A stretch of 63,910 nt of DNA, filler included, from Craspedostauros australis (taxonomy: Eukaryota), in NCBI GenBank assembly GCA_030167865.1. It is 21 parts of 21 records of this genome, joined end to end, with 100 filler letters (N's around TTAATTAATTAA, not from the genome) between each part and the next. Parts side by side here need not be neighbours in the genome. Positions count along the whole stretch, not along the records: positions 12,161 to 16,287 come from JALAGF010002206.1; positions 16,388 to 17,453 come from JALAGF010002207.1; positions 17,554 to 18,969 come from JALAGF010002208.1; positions 19,070 to 20,964 come from JALAGF010002209.1; positions 21,065 to 34,447 come from JALAGF010002210.1; 16 more parts are not named here. One strand, written 5' to 3'. Shown here one piece after another: positions 12,161-24,400 of this stretch (position 1 is the first letter of the stretch; every line of letters starts with the position of its first letter). The notes under the pieces are model-generated. The model did no database searches. It was not told where the DNA came from and worked only from the letters and a program-made list of their open reading frames with translations. The position numbers and the translations under genes are program-made.

Positions 12161-14336
12161 CGCCGTGAGGGAATCCATGGCATTGCAGAACTTCTTTGGA
12201 TGCGCAGGGAACCTTGGAGAAGGAGCCGCTCGCAAGCTCTTCAACAAGTACGCATCGGATGACATGCTTGCTGGCCAATTGGCCTTGATCGCTGCCACAA
12301 ACCCAATCCTTGTCACCGAACGACCTGATGCAATGAAGGCGGCGTGCATGACCATCGGAATAGCCCAATCTCCATCTGTCGCCAATCCATGCTGCCAAGG
12401 ATCATCGGGATGCACCTCAACCACCGGCTCTGCGTCCAACTCTCCTCCATTCATGACCATCGCCATCACAGCATGTACCGACAGCAGCGCCTGCAAGGAC
12501 ATGGGGCCGAACCCTCTCATTCTCGATTCCTCCTGCACTGGCGCGAGTGCCTGTGAGTTGATGAATCAGAGCAAGATAAATCCCTTCATCACAGGAGTGA
12601 CCTTCGTTGGTGAAGGTGCATGCACCAGCGCGCAATCCTGCAAGGGAGTGGGGCATCTGTCCAGCGGCGACGTGACCATCCAGGAGGGTGCGTGTATCGG
12701 TACCGAAGCATGTACTTCAGCTGGACGCCGCGTCGCACAATCCGCACCATCCTTTCGCTATCAAAGTCACATCCACATTGGCTCGAAAGCTTGCGTTGGC
12801 AGCAATGCCTGCAGGTTTGCCCATTCCACTGTGAGTCATTTTCCTGGTGGCAAGATTGCAGGAAGCCTGACCATCGGCGATGGTGGTTGTGCTGATGAAG
12901 GCTCATGCGAGAAGCTTGGCTTGAATGACAGGATGAGGACGGATATCATCGTCCCTCCTGGTGGTTGTGGCGGTGTTCAGAGCTGTTGGGCATGCATGAC
13001 GAAGACAGAGTGCAAGTTTGATGAGGTGTATCTCATCAGTGATGTGGGGGAAGCATGTCCCAAGGGAGGCAGGGACACAAACTTCCTTCCAACGGGTGAC
13101 AAGGTGGAGGAGTATTGCGTTGGTAAGGACGAATTGCCAACTGAGTGTCCAACGTTCTTTCCCACCCCATTTCCCACCGTGTCGGTTGAACCCACATCTG
13201 TTCCCACATCGGCTCCAACAGCGGCTCCGACATCGGCTCCAACGCCAGCTCCCACATCGGTTCCTACTTCAGCTCCCACATCCATCCCAACTATCACCCG
13301 GGCAACCTTATCCGTAGGATGTCTCTCAACACCGGGAGATGGCAACTCAATGTTCAATGCGATTACTGGTGACGTAGTGTGCGATGGTGCAACAGGCACA
13401 TGCGCGGACTTCGTCTCTGAGGTTGATGCTCTGACTGATGAGGGGAAGAGCAAGATGATCAAGAGCATCTTTGGATGCAACGATAAAGACCCTCCACAGC
13501 CTGTGGCGTTGCAGGTGGCGCAGAAACGCTTTGACAAGATCAAGAACGACGAAAGTGTGACCAGCGCATTGTTGGCGATAGCGAAGGAGGACACGAAGCT
13601 CTTCACTGGGAGCGGGACTGTGGTGACGAAGGCATGCAATGGCTCATGCTGCCGTGGTGGTATTGATTGCACCGTTCAACCTGCTAATGGTGGTGTCATG
13701 ACAGTGAGCTCAGGTTCATGTACCGGGTCTCAGGCATGCGGACGCACACGTCCCAACGCAATCATACTTGACAGCTGCAAGGGACCATCTTCTTGCCACG
13801 GGTTGGGCAATTTCGGAGGTCAGCCAACTGCTGGTGCTGAAGTCGGGTTCAGGGTGATTGGGCCAAGAGCTTGTGTTGCAGGATTGAGTTGTACAAATAT
13901 GGGTTTTTTACCTTTGGCGATATACGAGTTGAAGAAGGAGCATGTGATGGACACACAGGCATGCGCTAGCCTTGCGCAGAAGGGCATCCAAGGGTCTACA
14001 ACCACGACACCGGTCGTGGTAAGTGTCTTCATTGGAAAGAATGCGTGCCAAGGGAGGTTTTCTTGTTCTGATGTGCATCGCTCCGATACCAAAATTCGAG
14101 GAAGCGTGATCATCGAAGACGGTGCGTGCTCGGGTGCCAACACGTGCTATGGTCTTGGCCTCAGCATCAGTGCAACCAATGACATCATCGTCAGAGCAGA
14201 AGTCTGTACCAATTTAACAGCCCCCTGTACCAATTGCGCCCGAGGACCATTGTGCGCGTCAGCCGACGAGACGTATGTAATCGACAACGCCGCAGACTGC
14301 CCTGGACCAGTCCCATCTGCCTGCGAAGTCGTATAA
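12161..14336 (+). CDS. Secreted Cys-rich repeat (C-x4-[SAT]-C) protein with PTSA mucin-like linker, 5'-partial
   Basis: 723-aa ORF; many (G/S)(A/S)C-x-G-x-x-(A/S)C repeats in two domains separated by a PTSA linker at ~13140-13290; stop TAA. Confidence 0.9.
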
Positions 14337-14767
14337 TCATCACATGCGCAACCACACATACCAGCATGCTCTAATTCGTACTCTACCATCATTTTCCTAT
14401 TTTGTGCTGGCAAAGCAGAGCACTCTGTGACCATGATGAAAACTCTAGCTTCGCTTGTGTCTTCTACACTCTCTCAGTCACTAATCGAATCAAGGATACT
14501 ATCTTGGTGCCAAATGTCTCTTCGTTGTTGCCACCGTTGTTGACGTTGGCGTTGTTTTGTCTTGTGCCGAATTGCGCACAATGGTCACCGCGAATCATCA
14601 ATCATCACACTCCCATCACCTTCATCAAACAACACAGTAACGTCAACAAAGATCACAACACTCGTGGCGGTGGCGCCGAAAACGGTGGTATTGGTGGCAT
14701 CAAATACTCTACAGCGGCATACAGACCTCTCGAAGTACAAAGAGCGTGAGAGACTGCGCCGTCCTTC

Positions 14768-16287
14768 ATGATCCGCTCCTTCAAACTACATCATCATCAT
14801 GGCGACAAGAGAAGACGGGCGAGGCCCATTGCCACGAGGCTGCTGGCGTTCATGAGAAGAAGGTCATGCATCATGCTGATGGTGATGGTGGCGATGGCCG
14901 CGATGGTACATTGGACAATGAATCATTCTCTGCAGTCCTTTGCGTTTCATACCATCGACGACCAGGCAGATTCGATGATGACACATCCGTCTCATCCCAA
15001 ATGGTCGTCACCCAATACCAATACGAAGCCATCCATGCAATATTTGCACCATCACTTTGCACAGTTGCCCCAATGGATGCAGTCGTACTTACAATGGCAC
15101 TACGAGATGCGTTCCAAGTTTCCAGACGAGGCCATCTACACCAACCCTGATGCACCACCCTTGCTGATTCGACACTGTCGCAATTTCTGCGGCGGTTTGC
15201 ATGACCGTCTGGGACAGCTGGAATGGGACATCTATCTCGCACATCGCACTGGGAGGGTGTGGATGGTGTGGTGGGAGGAACCATGCATCGAGCAGTACTT
15301 GCTTCCGGTGACAAGTGCCATGAGCGCTGCAGATGGATCTGCCCCGCCGTTGCTCAATTGGACGGTGCCGGCGTCATTGCGCATCACAGAGATGCTGCGC
15401 AAAGATCCGTCGATGCTGCTGTTCCATCGGATCCTCAAGCAGGAGGCCAATGTGGAAATGCCCAACTGGTCAAGCAGGATTGACCAGGCAATCGAACGCG
15501 CCACAACTACTTGGCGCAATCGCAAAGTGCTGAAATACAAACTGACAGCACACGAAATGAACCACGTCTTGGATGAACGGTTGGTGCGAGATGGCCAGTC
15601 GCCGCTGCCATTCGGCACGTACAGCCACCTGTTCCATCTGCTGTTTCGGCCGCATCCAAGAATACAGCACAAGGTGGAGGAGATCCAGCGGAAATGGAAC
15701 ATCCCTGCTGGCCAGTATGCTGCTGTGCATTGGCGAGTGCGGTATCCCATGGGGGTGGCCAAGGATGAACACCAAACTCTGTTGCAACCAGCAACGTCCA
15801 CCACACACGCTCAATACAGCAATACCAATTCCCAAGCGAAAAGAGATGGCTCACGAAATCGATCCATCTCCGCAGACTCCAATGGACTGGCATGGCACGG
15901 TGCCTCCAAGGATCATGCCATTCAGCAGGCGATGCATGCTTTGCGGTGTGTGCAGCAATCCATGGACTTTCGCGCCGTATCGCATCAACGGCGCCTGCCA
16001 GTATTCATTTACGCGGACTCGGCGGATCTCATTGCGGATCTCAGGGACACGAATAGCCTTGATCCATCCATGCAGCTGTTGACATCGAACGAAGCACAGA
16101 CAGCAGTCCTGCATTTGGATCAACAACGCGGTGCATCCGCAGCATCGTACGATGCCACGTTTGTCGAGCTGTTCCTGGCGAGCCAAGCCAAGTGCATCGC
16201 GTACGGGTTGGGTCGATTTGGGTTGCTGGCCGCCAAAGTGTCCGGCACGCAGTGTCAGATGTGGTACCAGCGTGAAGTATGGAACGC
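14768..16287 (+). CDS. Type II membrane fucosyltransferase-like glycosyltransferase (GT-B, FUT8/NodZ/O-FucT-like), 3'-truncated
   Basis: Basic N-terminus plus TM segment; CGGLHDRL, YAAVHWR, FIYADS, HLD and FVELFLASQAKCIAYGLGRFG motifs typical of GDP-fucose-using GTs. Confidence 0.78.
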
Positions 16288-17694
16288 NNNNNNNNNNNNN
16301 NNNNNNNNNNNNNNNNNNNNNNNNNNNNNNNTTAATTAATTAANNNNNNNNNNNNNNNNNNNNNNNNNNNNNNNNNNNNNNNNNNNNTGCTCGTACTCGC
16401 AGGTATCTTGCATCTCAACCGCTGGTGCGTGCTGCCGTTTCATCAGTGTTGCTGCATCATCTGCGACACTATCCGCGGTTCGTGTGCGTCTTGACGTCGG
16501 TTTTGCAAAATTACTGCATTCTCCGTTGTGCAGGTACGAGTCTGTGCATGTGCGTTGTCGATTCTTCCTCTTGCATTAGCCAGGCTTCCATCCCCCTTTC
16601 TTCATGATGTGCACGTACCTTTCGAGTTGTTTTGCTTCGTTGCGGCCTCAAAGGGGTTTGTCGTCTCCTTCCAACGCCTGCTGGTTGTTAGTTGATTGCT
16701 GATTGCTGGCGTTTCCAATCTGATGATTGAATTGTTTTGTGAGACTTTGGTGTCGATTTCGGAGACAACGAAGTGATTCCTGCGAGTATCGCAAGCGTGT
16801 TGTGTGTTCGATGCGCCATGAATGTGCGAGATGCAATGAGCCCGGTGGCGTGGAATGAGACTGCAGCTACCGACACCACCACCAATGGCAGAGCCTGTCG
16901 ACTGCACTGGTGCATCACACTGCATCACACTGCATCACACTACATCACACGCACATGTCAACATGAGCGATGCTTGTCTCCACTCCTCGGACGGGGAGCT
17001 GTCCACACACGAGGTTACGGTAATGCCTGCTGGTACTAAAACAGTCCACGATTTGCTCGGTGGTCGGTTGGCATTTGTTTGGAGGTTCGTCGTTTGTTTG
17101 GGGATTTTGGACAGTGCCTGGCGTTGCTGAACCTGCCGACGTCATGGTTGGTTCCGGTCCTCGGCGCAGATCTTCGACCTGGAAGGTTGGTGCGAAAGCC
17201 GGCAGTGCGTTGTGGTGAATCGGCGCTGCGGGCTGGCACAGCATGCACCCGCGCCCATACCTGTCATACAAAGAGGCGATCCTACCTGGCGATCCCCCCT
17301 GGCGATCCGCACAACACATCCCATGAAGAATCCATGAATAACCAGAATGCAGTGGACAAGAACGAGAAACGATGAAGGGGATGAGCGATGGGTGATAGGA
17401 GACCGTCGTCAATCGCCTATTCTTTTCCTCGCTGTGGGCATGTCTGAATGTTGNNNNNNNNNNNNNNNNNNNNNNNNNNNNNNNNNNNNNNNNNNNNTTA
17501 ATTAATTAANNNNNNNNNNNNNNNNNNNNNNNNNNNNNNNNNNNNNNNNNNNNCACGGGAATGGTTTGTTTCCCGTTTGTGATTTGAGTCACAAAAGTAT
17601 CCCGATACCATACTCTTGGGGCCATGAACTCTAACTCACCTCATCTATCTCACGAAACCTCTGGAGCCTGTACCCAACTCGCGGAATTGACCTC

Positions 17695-18969
17695 ATGTAT
17701 GATCGAAACCAAAAGCAACAATGTGACAATGACATGCCCGCACTACTCACTCTGCAAGGTCTAGCATCTTATTTCACCAATCGCAATGCTTTCGCATCTC
17801 CAGCTAAAGCTGAGAGTTATCTCTCGCCTGATGCTCCATTCGAACTTGTATGGGACAGCGGAGCGTCAATCTCTGTGACAAATGACCTCAACGATTTCTG
17901 TTCTACTCCAAGTCCTCCACCAAGACCGACCTTTCTCAACGGATTCCTCAAGAAAATCCAAGTGAATGCGTTGGGAACCGTCGAATGGTATGTTCTTGAT
18001 GTAACTGGAAGCCCTCGCAAATTGCGACTGCCTGCTTTCCATGTTCCCCAATCGAAGGTCAAGCTAATCAGCACTTCCAGTCTCCTCGAAGAGTATCAGG
18101 GAGAAACGATCGTGTTCGATAAGTCCTCCTGCAAACTCAGCGGAATCCTGGGAAGCGACGATCGCAATGCAATCGTAGCGAACTACAAGAAATCCACAAG
18201 GCTGCCAACATCTGTCGGCTACAGCGCCGACAACATCCATGACGTGCCAGCTGCACTGACGTCCATCGTCTCTACCGTGTCGGACCACAACGTGAACCTC
18301 ACCCAACCGCAAAAGGAACTTCTTCGGTGGCACTATCGTCTTGGACATTTATCCTTCAGTCGAGTGAAGTTCCTGCTGCGTTCGGGTGCAATCACTGGGT
18401 CAGAATCATCAAGGAAGATGCACACAGCTGCGGCAAAGGTCACAAGCCTTCCACTCTGCGCCGCCTGTCAATTCGGAAAGCTGCACCGTCGACCTTCACC
18501 AGGAATAACTCAACATGTCGTCCGTGACAAACAAGGGGTTTTGCGCACCGATCACTTGTTCCCAGGACAACAAGTGTCAGTGGACCACTTCGTCGGTCGA
18601 ACACCAGGACGCCTCTTCTCAGGACGAGGCAAAGGCGATCCAAACGAAATGTACAAAGGCGGAGCCATCTTCGTCGATCACGCATCAGGATACATTCATG
18701 TGGAACCTGTGGCAGCGCTAACCACGCACGCCACTCTCGAAGCAAAGGAACGGTTCGAACTGATGTGTCGAGATGTGGGAGTCCCCGTGCGATCCTATCT
18801 ATCGGATAACGCAACTACCTTCACCTCGCCCGAATACTCCAAGCACCTTGAGATATTCCATCAAGTTCATCGATTCGCAGGTGTTGGCGCACATCACCAC
18901 AATGGAATCGCCGAACGAAGCATTCGAACAATTGTCTCAATGGCCCGAACCATGATGATGCATCAAAGC
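17695..18969 (+). mobile_element. Ty1/Copia pol fragment: protease, GAG-pre-integrase, integrase core
   Basis: WDSGAS; LLRWHYRLGH...CAAC; VSVDHF, FVDHASG, SDNATTF and HHHNGIAERSIRT. Confidence 0.93.
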
Positions 18970-19069
18970 NNNNNNNNNNNNNNNNNNNNNNNNNNNNNNN
19001 NNNNNNNNNNNNNTTAATTAATTAANNNNNNNNNNNNNNNNNNNNNNNNNNNNNNNNNNNNNNNNNNNN

Positions 19070-19461
19070 GAGCAGGAGGCGAAGATCCAATGACCCATGA
19101 AGATCATGGATACTGAAGGTGAACTTCAAATGGTAAGTACTCATGGAGTAGGAGCCAGTACTGAACAAACAGAATGTCAAATGCGGAGTATGCATCAAAC
19201 ACGGAGTATCGTGTAGCACGAGTACACGATGCTGAGAGAGAGAGAGAGAGAATACAGAGAGGAGCGAGAGAGCATCTCGCGTACCGACTCATAGTCGGAG
19301 ACCGAATCTACAAAACAGATTGAAGCGCCGAGAGCATTGGGCAAGAGAACGGGCGTACACCGAGAGGATTGGAGTAACCAACTAATGAAATAGCAAACAG
19401 ACGACTATCAACCAACATCATCTCCACGATCGTAGGTTACCGTGAGCGGAACTTGCCAACA
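19070..19461 (+). repeat. Copia LTR family A, 3' half
   Basis: Homologous to 8414-8565 and 42915-43255; ends CTTGCCAACA. Confidence 0.8.
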
Positions 19462-19999
19462 CACCTACACACGTGTGGCATTGTGTGGTGCACGTACCAT
19501 ACCACAGATCGTACGTATCTGCTGCGGCCTCCGCCCTCGCTTCCTTGTTTGTCCTCTTGCAACCTCGCTGTCTACTTTTGGCTTCTCTCTGGCACAGTGT
19601 CTGCGTTTGGTGTTGGTGGTACAGGGTATGATTCTGTTTGGTGGCAGCAGGGGAAGAAGGGGATTTTGCCTTTACCACGATAAGGCAACACTGGTTTCTT
19701 CCATATTCAGGTCACTTCTGGACATAATTGAATGGTTGATACAGCCAACCCATACGACTCCAGGGCACCATCTGAAGGAAGAAGACAGGAATGCAACAGA
19801 GGTGCAAGTCGTGCGCACGCCTCTGCAACGGAGACCTGAAACGACGGTTTAATGGCCACACATGGGCCAGACTCCTGAGTAGGGATAATTGAAACAGTGA
19901 ATAATAATGGTCAATTGATGGCAATGCGGAGCTCACAAAATGATTGACTGCAGCAACAAAATTGAAAACAGCAAAACTTGGGAACATGAAACACTCCAT

Positions 20000-20781
20000 T
20001 GTTGGCAAGTTCCGTGACAGCAAGCCTACGATCGTGGAAGACAGTGTTGTTGATAGTCATTGTGTTTGCTATTTCATTAAATTGAGACTCCAATCCTCTC
20101 GGTGTCCTCTCTCTTGCCCGATGCTCTCAGTGCGTTTATCTGTTTCGTAGATTCAGTCTCCGACTATGAGTTGGTGTGAGAGATGCTCTCTGGCTACTCT
20201 TCGTATTCTCTCTCTCTCTCTCTCAATATCGTGTACTCGTGCTACACAATACTTCGCGTTCGATGTGTACTCCGCATTCGACGCTTCGTTCGTTCCTTAC
20301 TGGCTTCTACTCCATGAGTACTTACCATTTGAATTTCACCTCTTGTATCCATGATCTTGATGCCCTTCGGTCATCGGATCTTCGCCTCTTGCTCTGACCT
20401 GGAGACAGATGTCAACATGGTGACACGATGACATCCTCTTGACGTCAGTAGGCATCCTTCTGCTCTCCAGATGTCACGTTCCATCAATGATGCAGCAGTC
20501 TGTCAGATGATATTGTCATCTGGGGTTTAGTTGGGAGGTACATTGAGTTTCGCTCGATACCATACGTTTCCATTGATGGATGGACGCACGATGTTCCTGA
20601 TTCTCTCAGAATTCGTTGATCGCAAATTTCCTCCAGAAATTCTGCTCATTTTTGTGTGTTCCATTTCCATTGTGATTTTGACAAATCACAGCATACTATT
20701 GACACGAATGTAGCTTTACCGTCCAAGTGTGTATGAGAGAATAACAGGTGAACGATGCACATATACACGTACATCTTGACA
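20000..20781 (-). repeat. Copia LTR family A, probably complete (~780 bp, TG…CA)
   Basis: TGTTGGCAAG start and CTTGACA end (alternative end CTCGACA at 20805); colinear with 9351-10115; no clear TSD. Confidence 0.75.
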
Positions 20782-21387
20782 TATACTCACATGTACATCT
20801 CGACAAGGACGGAGTTGAAATTCGTGCTCTGTTGGTGACACAATTCGGTGGAAAAGCCTCGTGAACTGCTGGTTTCGAGATAACTGTGCAATGCAGTTCA
20901 AGAGGTGTGAACTTGTCGAAGATGTGGTACTGTAACGATGAGTAGAGTAGTGCTGTTTGTACTANNNNNNNNNNNNNNNNNNNNNNNNNNNNNNNNNNNN
21001 NNNNNNNNTTAATTAATTAANNNNNNNNNNNNNNNNNNNNNNNNNNNNNNNNNNNNNNNNNNNNCTCTCCACACACGTAGATACACTGCAGTGTAGATCA
21101 TGGCACATGGCAGTGACGACCATGAAGCAGTGGCTGTGGTTGGAGCTGACCCTCGGATTCCATTGCTTGAGTTGAAGCAGGTTGGATACATGCGTTAAGA
21201 CTGCGGCAGTGGTGCAGTAGTCATCAGCATGGAGGGAATCGAGGTATGTTGTAGTAAAAGGATCTGAGGAGCATATAGTTCCCAAGGTGGAATGTGAGTC
21301 AGGTCGGTCATGGTTGAGTCATGATGGATTCGTGAATGGAGGAGAGAAAGGAGGAGAAAAGATTTGGTGGTCGATCAGGTCGGAAGA

Positions 21388-21400
21388 TTTCGCGCCAAAA
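21388..21400. promoter_or_regulatory. Perfect bidirectional E2F-type site TTTCGCGCCAAAA
   Basis: Matches the canonical overlapping E2F consensus; function not testable here. Confidence 0.35.
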
Positions 21401-24400
21401 CAAGAATTTCTCCCATCGGGTTGATACCGTGTTCGGTATTAGTCTGTCCCTCATTGAATCTCAACTTGGATATATCACCGCAAAGCCATATATTGCCTTT
21501 TAGAACATAAATTGTGTATTTTACCGTAGGACCCGACAATCGGCTTTTATAATGGAAATTAGATATTTCACCGCATACACATGTTCGAGACCAATAGCAA
21601 AGTATGGAATATTCTGGACAGTACTTCTTGATATCTTCACCGTAGAGTCACAAAATTGAAACGGAAAAGAACCGAGCTCGGTCCCACACGACGCAACTCG
21701 CTCCAGGTCGGCTCAGCTTGGCTTGCTCCATCTCGACCTCAAGGCCCCATTGCATTCCATAGACACTAAAGCGCAACTCATGATCGCAATCATTCAGTGG
21801 AACGTCGATCATGTATGAAATAATACATACTACAATAGATTAGATGAGATGAGAGTATTGTCTGGCGCAGGGCTACGTATTATGAATGCTAATGTGGCAC
21901 GAACTTGCATGATGGGGCCTTTGGCAGGACACAATCGTTGATTGAAGTACGACTATGCCAGAGCGCCGTGTCATGGTTTCTGCCCTTTTGCTGGATGAAG
22001 TGCTGGTGACCTTGCCTCGCCATACTACCATACACTGCGTTAACAAGGGTGCATCTTGGATGGAAGAGGATTCTTGGCGAGAACAAATGGCGCGTCATCA
22101 ACGACAGCGCACGTAGGCCATGTCCAAAGGTGCAATACCATCTTTCATTCTTGCCTGTCGCTTCTGCCCGTCGTCCTTGCAACCTGCTTGATCCAGAGGG
22201 TTCGCCATACGGACCATGCTACAAGCACATGTACTCGGAGTGCATGACACATGCACGGATCAAGAATCGAAGTTCAATTCGAGACGCTGTCTGTCCTCTT
22301 GCTTGTGCGACCGGGAGGTACTCTGCTCGAGCTGCTCCTGTATGCGCGCATACGCTGTGTGGTTCACGCAGTCATACGAGTACAACCACGGTATAGCTCG
22401 TACAGCACTCTTGGCAACTTGATGCTGTCGCACCTCGAACGGAAGTTGAGCGATCATGTGATCCCACCAAGACCATGGTGCTGCATTCGCTCGTGATCCG
22501 TCGAGCGCATGGCCGACATCATTCGATGACAATCGATGGCTGTTCGATATTTCTTTCTCGCAATCTTGGTGTGCGCAGCCTTCCTTGCTCATTTACGGCA
22601 GCGAGTGATGCCGCGCACATGATGCTCCGCGCAACCGGAGAAAGAAGCGTAGTGATAGCATAATTGACTACCATGCTACTCTACTCAACTTTACGGCACA
22701 TCGTCTTGCCTGTGTGTGAAATCATAGCGCCCAAGCCACCAACATCACGCACATCACGACTAACGCGTGACGCGTGGCGTAGAGTATAGTGGATGATGCG
22801 ATCTTCGCATGAAGATGTAATCGCAATGCATTAAAAACGAAGTGTGAGAGAGACCATTTTCGAGCTATATCAAGAGGCCCAGCCGATGTGCGTAACGCAA
22901 CAACACTAAGCAAACGGCAGTGCCAATCCAGAATTCAGCACCGTTGTTCGTTATTTGGCAAATGCCGCATCGAATGCTGCGAGGCCGGTTGTGGCGAGGG
23001 CCATTTTCAGAACGAATTTGCCACACACTGCGATGCCCAGGAGAACTCGCATTGCTCTGCCGTCATTGCTGTCGGCTCGCCGTGGGCACAGCAACGGAGG
23101 CGACGCGGACGCAAACAAGTAGGCTGTTCCAACGTTCCGACCCAAGCTAGATGATGAACCATCGTTGAATTGCTGCCATCACTCACGCATCTTCCGTACT
23201 TGAGTACCTGCATCCGTACGTGCACGTATGTATGATATGGTACTTGCCGAATGAGAGCATGTTTGTCGTCTGTTGCACATCACGTTGCTGATCTCTTATT
23301 TTACTCTCTCTCTCTCTTTCCCTAGCCGTGTGACGGAGCATGCTCGTACACATACGCGTAGAATTGTAGGCTCGTACTCTAGTTGATCGTCGAGCATCTG
23401 GGAATTGCGTCGTTTTCCATCTTCCCCCATGAGGTGTATTGGTCGATTCCGGCTTTTGTGCCTGCACGTCGTTTGAAGTCGCTGCGCTTCGTTGACGCCA
23501 CATCGCAGAGTGTTGCCACTATTTTTGGCCGATGGCAAATTGACGATTGTCGATGCGCAAGAAATGACACGTCCGTTGCTTCAGCAGAGCTCCAGAATTC
23601 CGCTGTGTTCGTGATGATTGGTGACACCGGAGGACGCATCATGGCATGGCATGTGCTGCGATGGCGGATGCTATTCGCTCATCCCTCTTGATGGATAGCG
23701 GTTGCGCGACGTGCGCGTGTGAAGATGCAGCACCATGTCGTCCATCTGTACTACGCCATGCGAGTGTGTTGCGATTGCGATGCGTTCTATTGCGCTGTGC
23801 TGCGTAGTGCGACAACAGTGTCGATGGAGACAGATGATACTCATCGTATTGCGATATGCTCTGTGAATGAGCGATGCTGCGTCGCCCATTCTGTCATCCG
23901 TCCCGATGATGGCGGCTTTCATTGATGCATGCGTGCAATTATGATTGCATTGGCAAAGATGGGCGTTGCTGCCATCTCCCATGTTCATGTCGACGCTCAT
24001 GCTAGTGCTCACACCGATATTGCACTTTCATCCCGCCGCAATGTATCGCATTGCAGAGTATCGAATTGAATCAGTTGCATTGCGTTGCATCGAAGATGAA
24101 CACCGTGCCATCTGCCATACACCGGCTGCCATTGATTGGTCGGTGTCACTCTACCCCACTGCCCTCCAATGTCGTGTCGTGTCGTGTCGTGGACTGTAAT
24201 GTAGTGTAGTGTACATCACTGGACTGTGTGATAGAACACCGTATTCTTCTTCACTCCACCGATCAATCATCCATCAATACCACCACCACCGTCGACGACG
24301 ACAGCACCAACGTCGACATCAACACCAATGTGAATAATCAATGACGACATGAATCAGGAGTGATGGCGCTCCACACGATGCGCGCAATCAGAAGACTCCA

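Noticed and set aside
12161..14336. Assignment as frustulin, silaffin or antifreeze protein
   Set aside because: No C-E/Q-G-D-C-D acr motif, no KxxK repeats, and no regular TxT ice-binding ladder.
16388..17453. Short overlapping ORFs in this contig and in 21700-26000 and 58000-60700
   Set aside because: No domain motifs or consistent codon bias; treated as intergenic/UTR.
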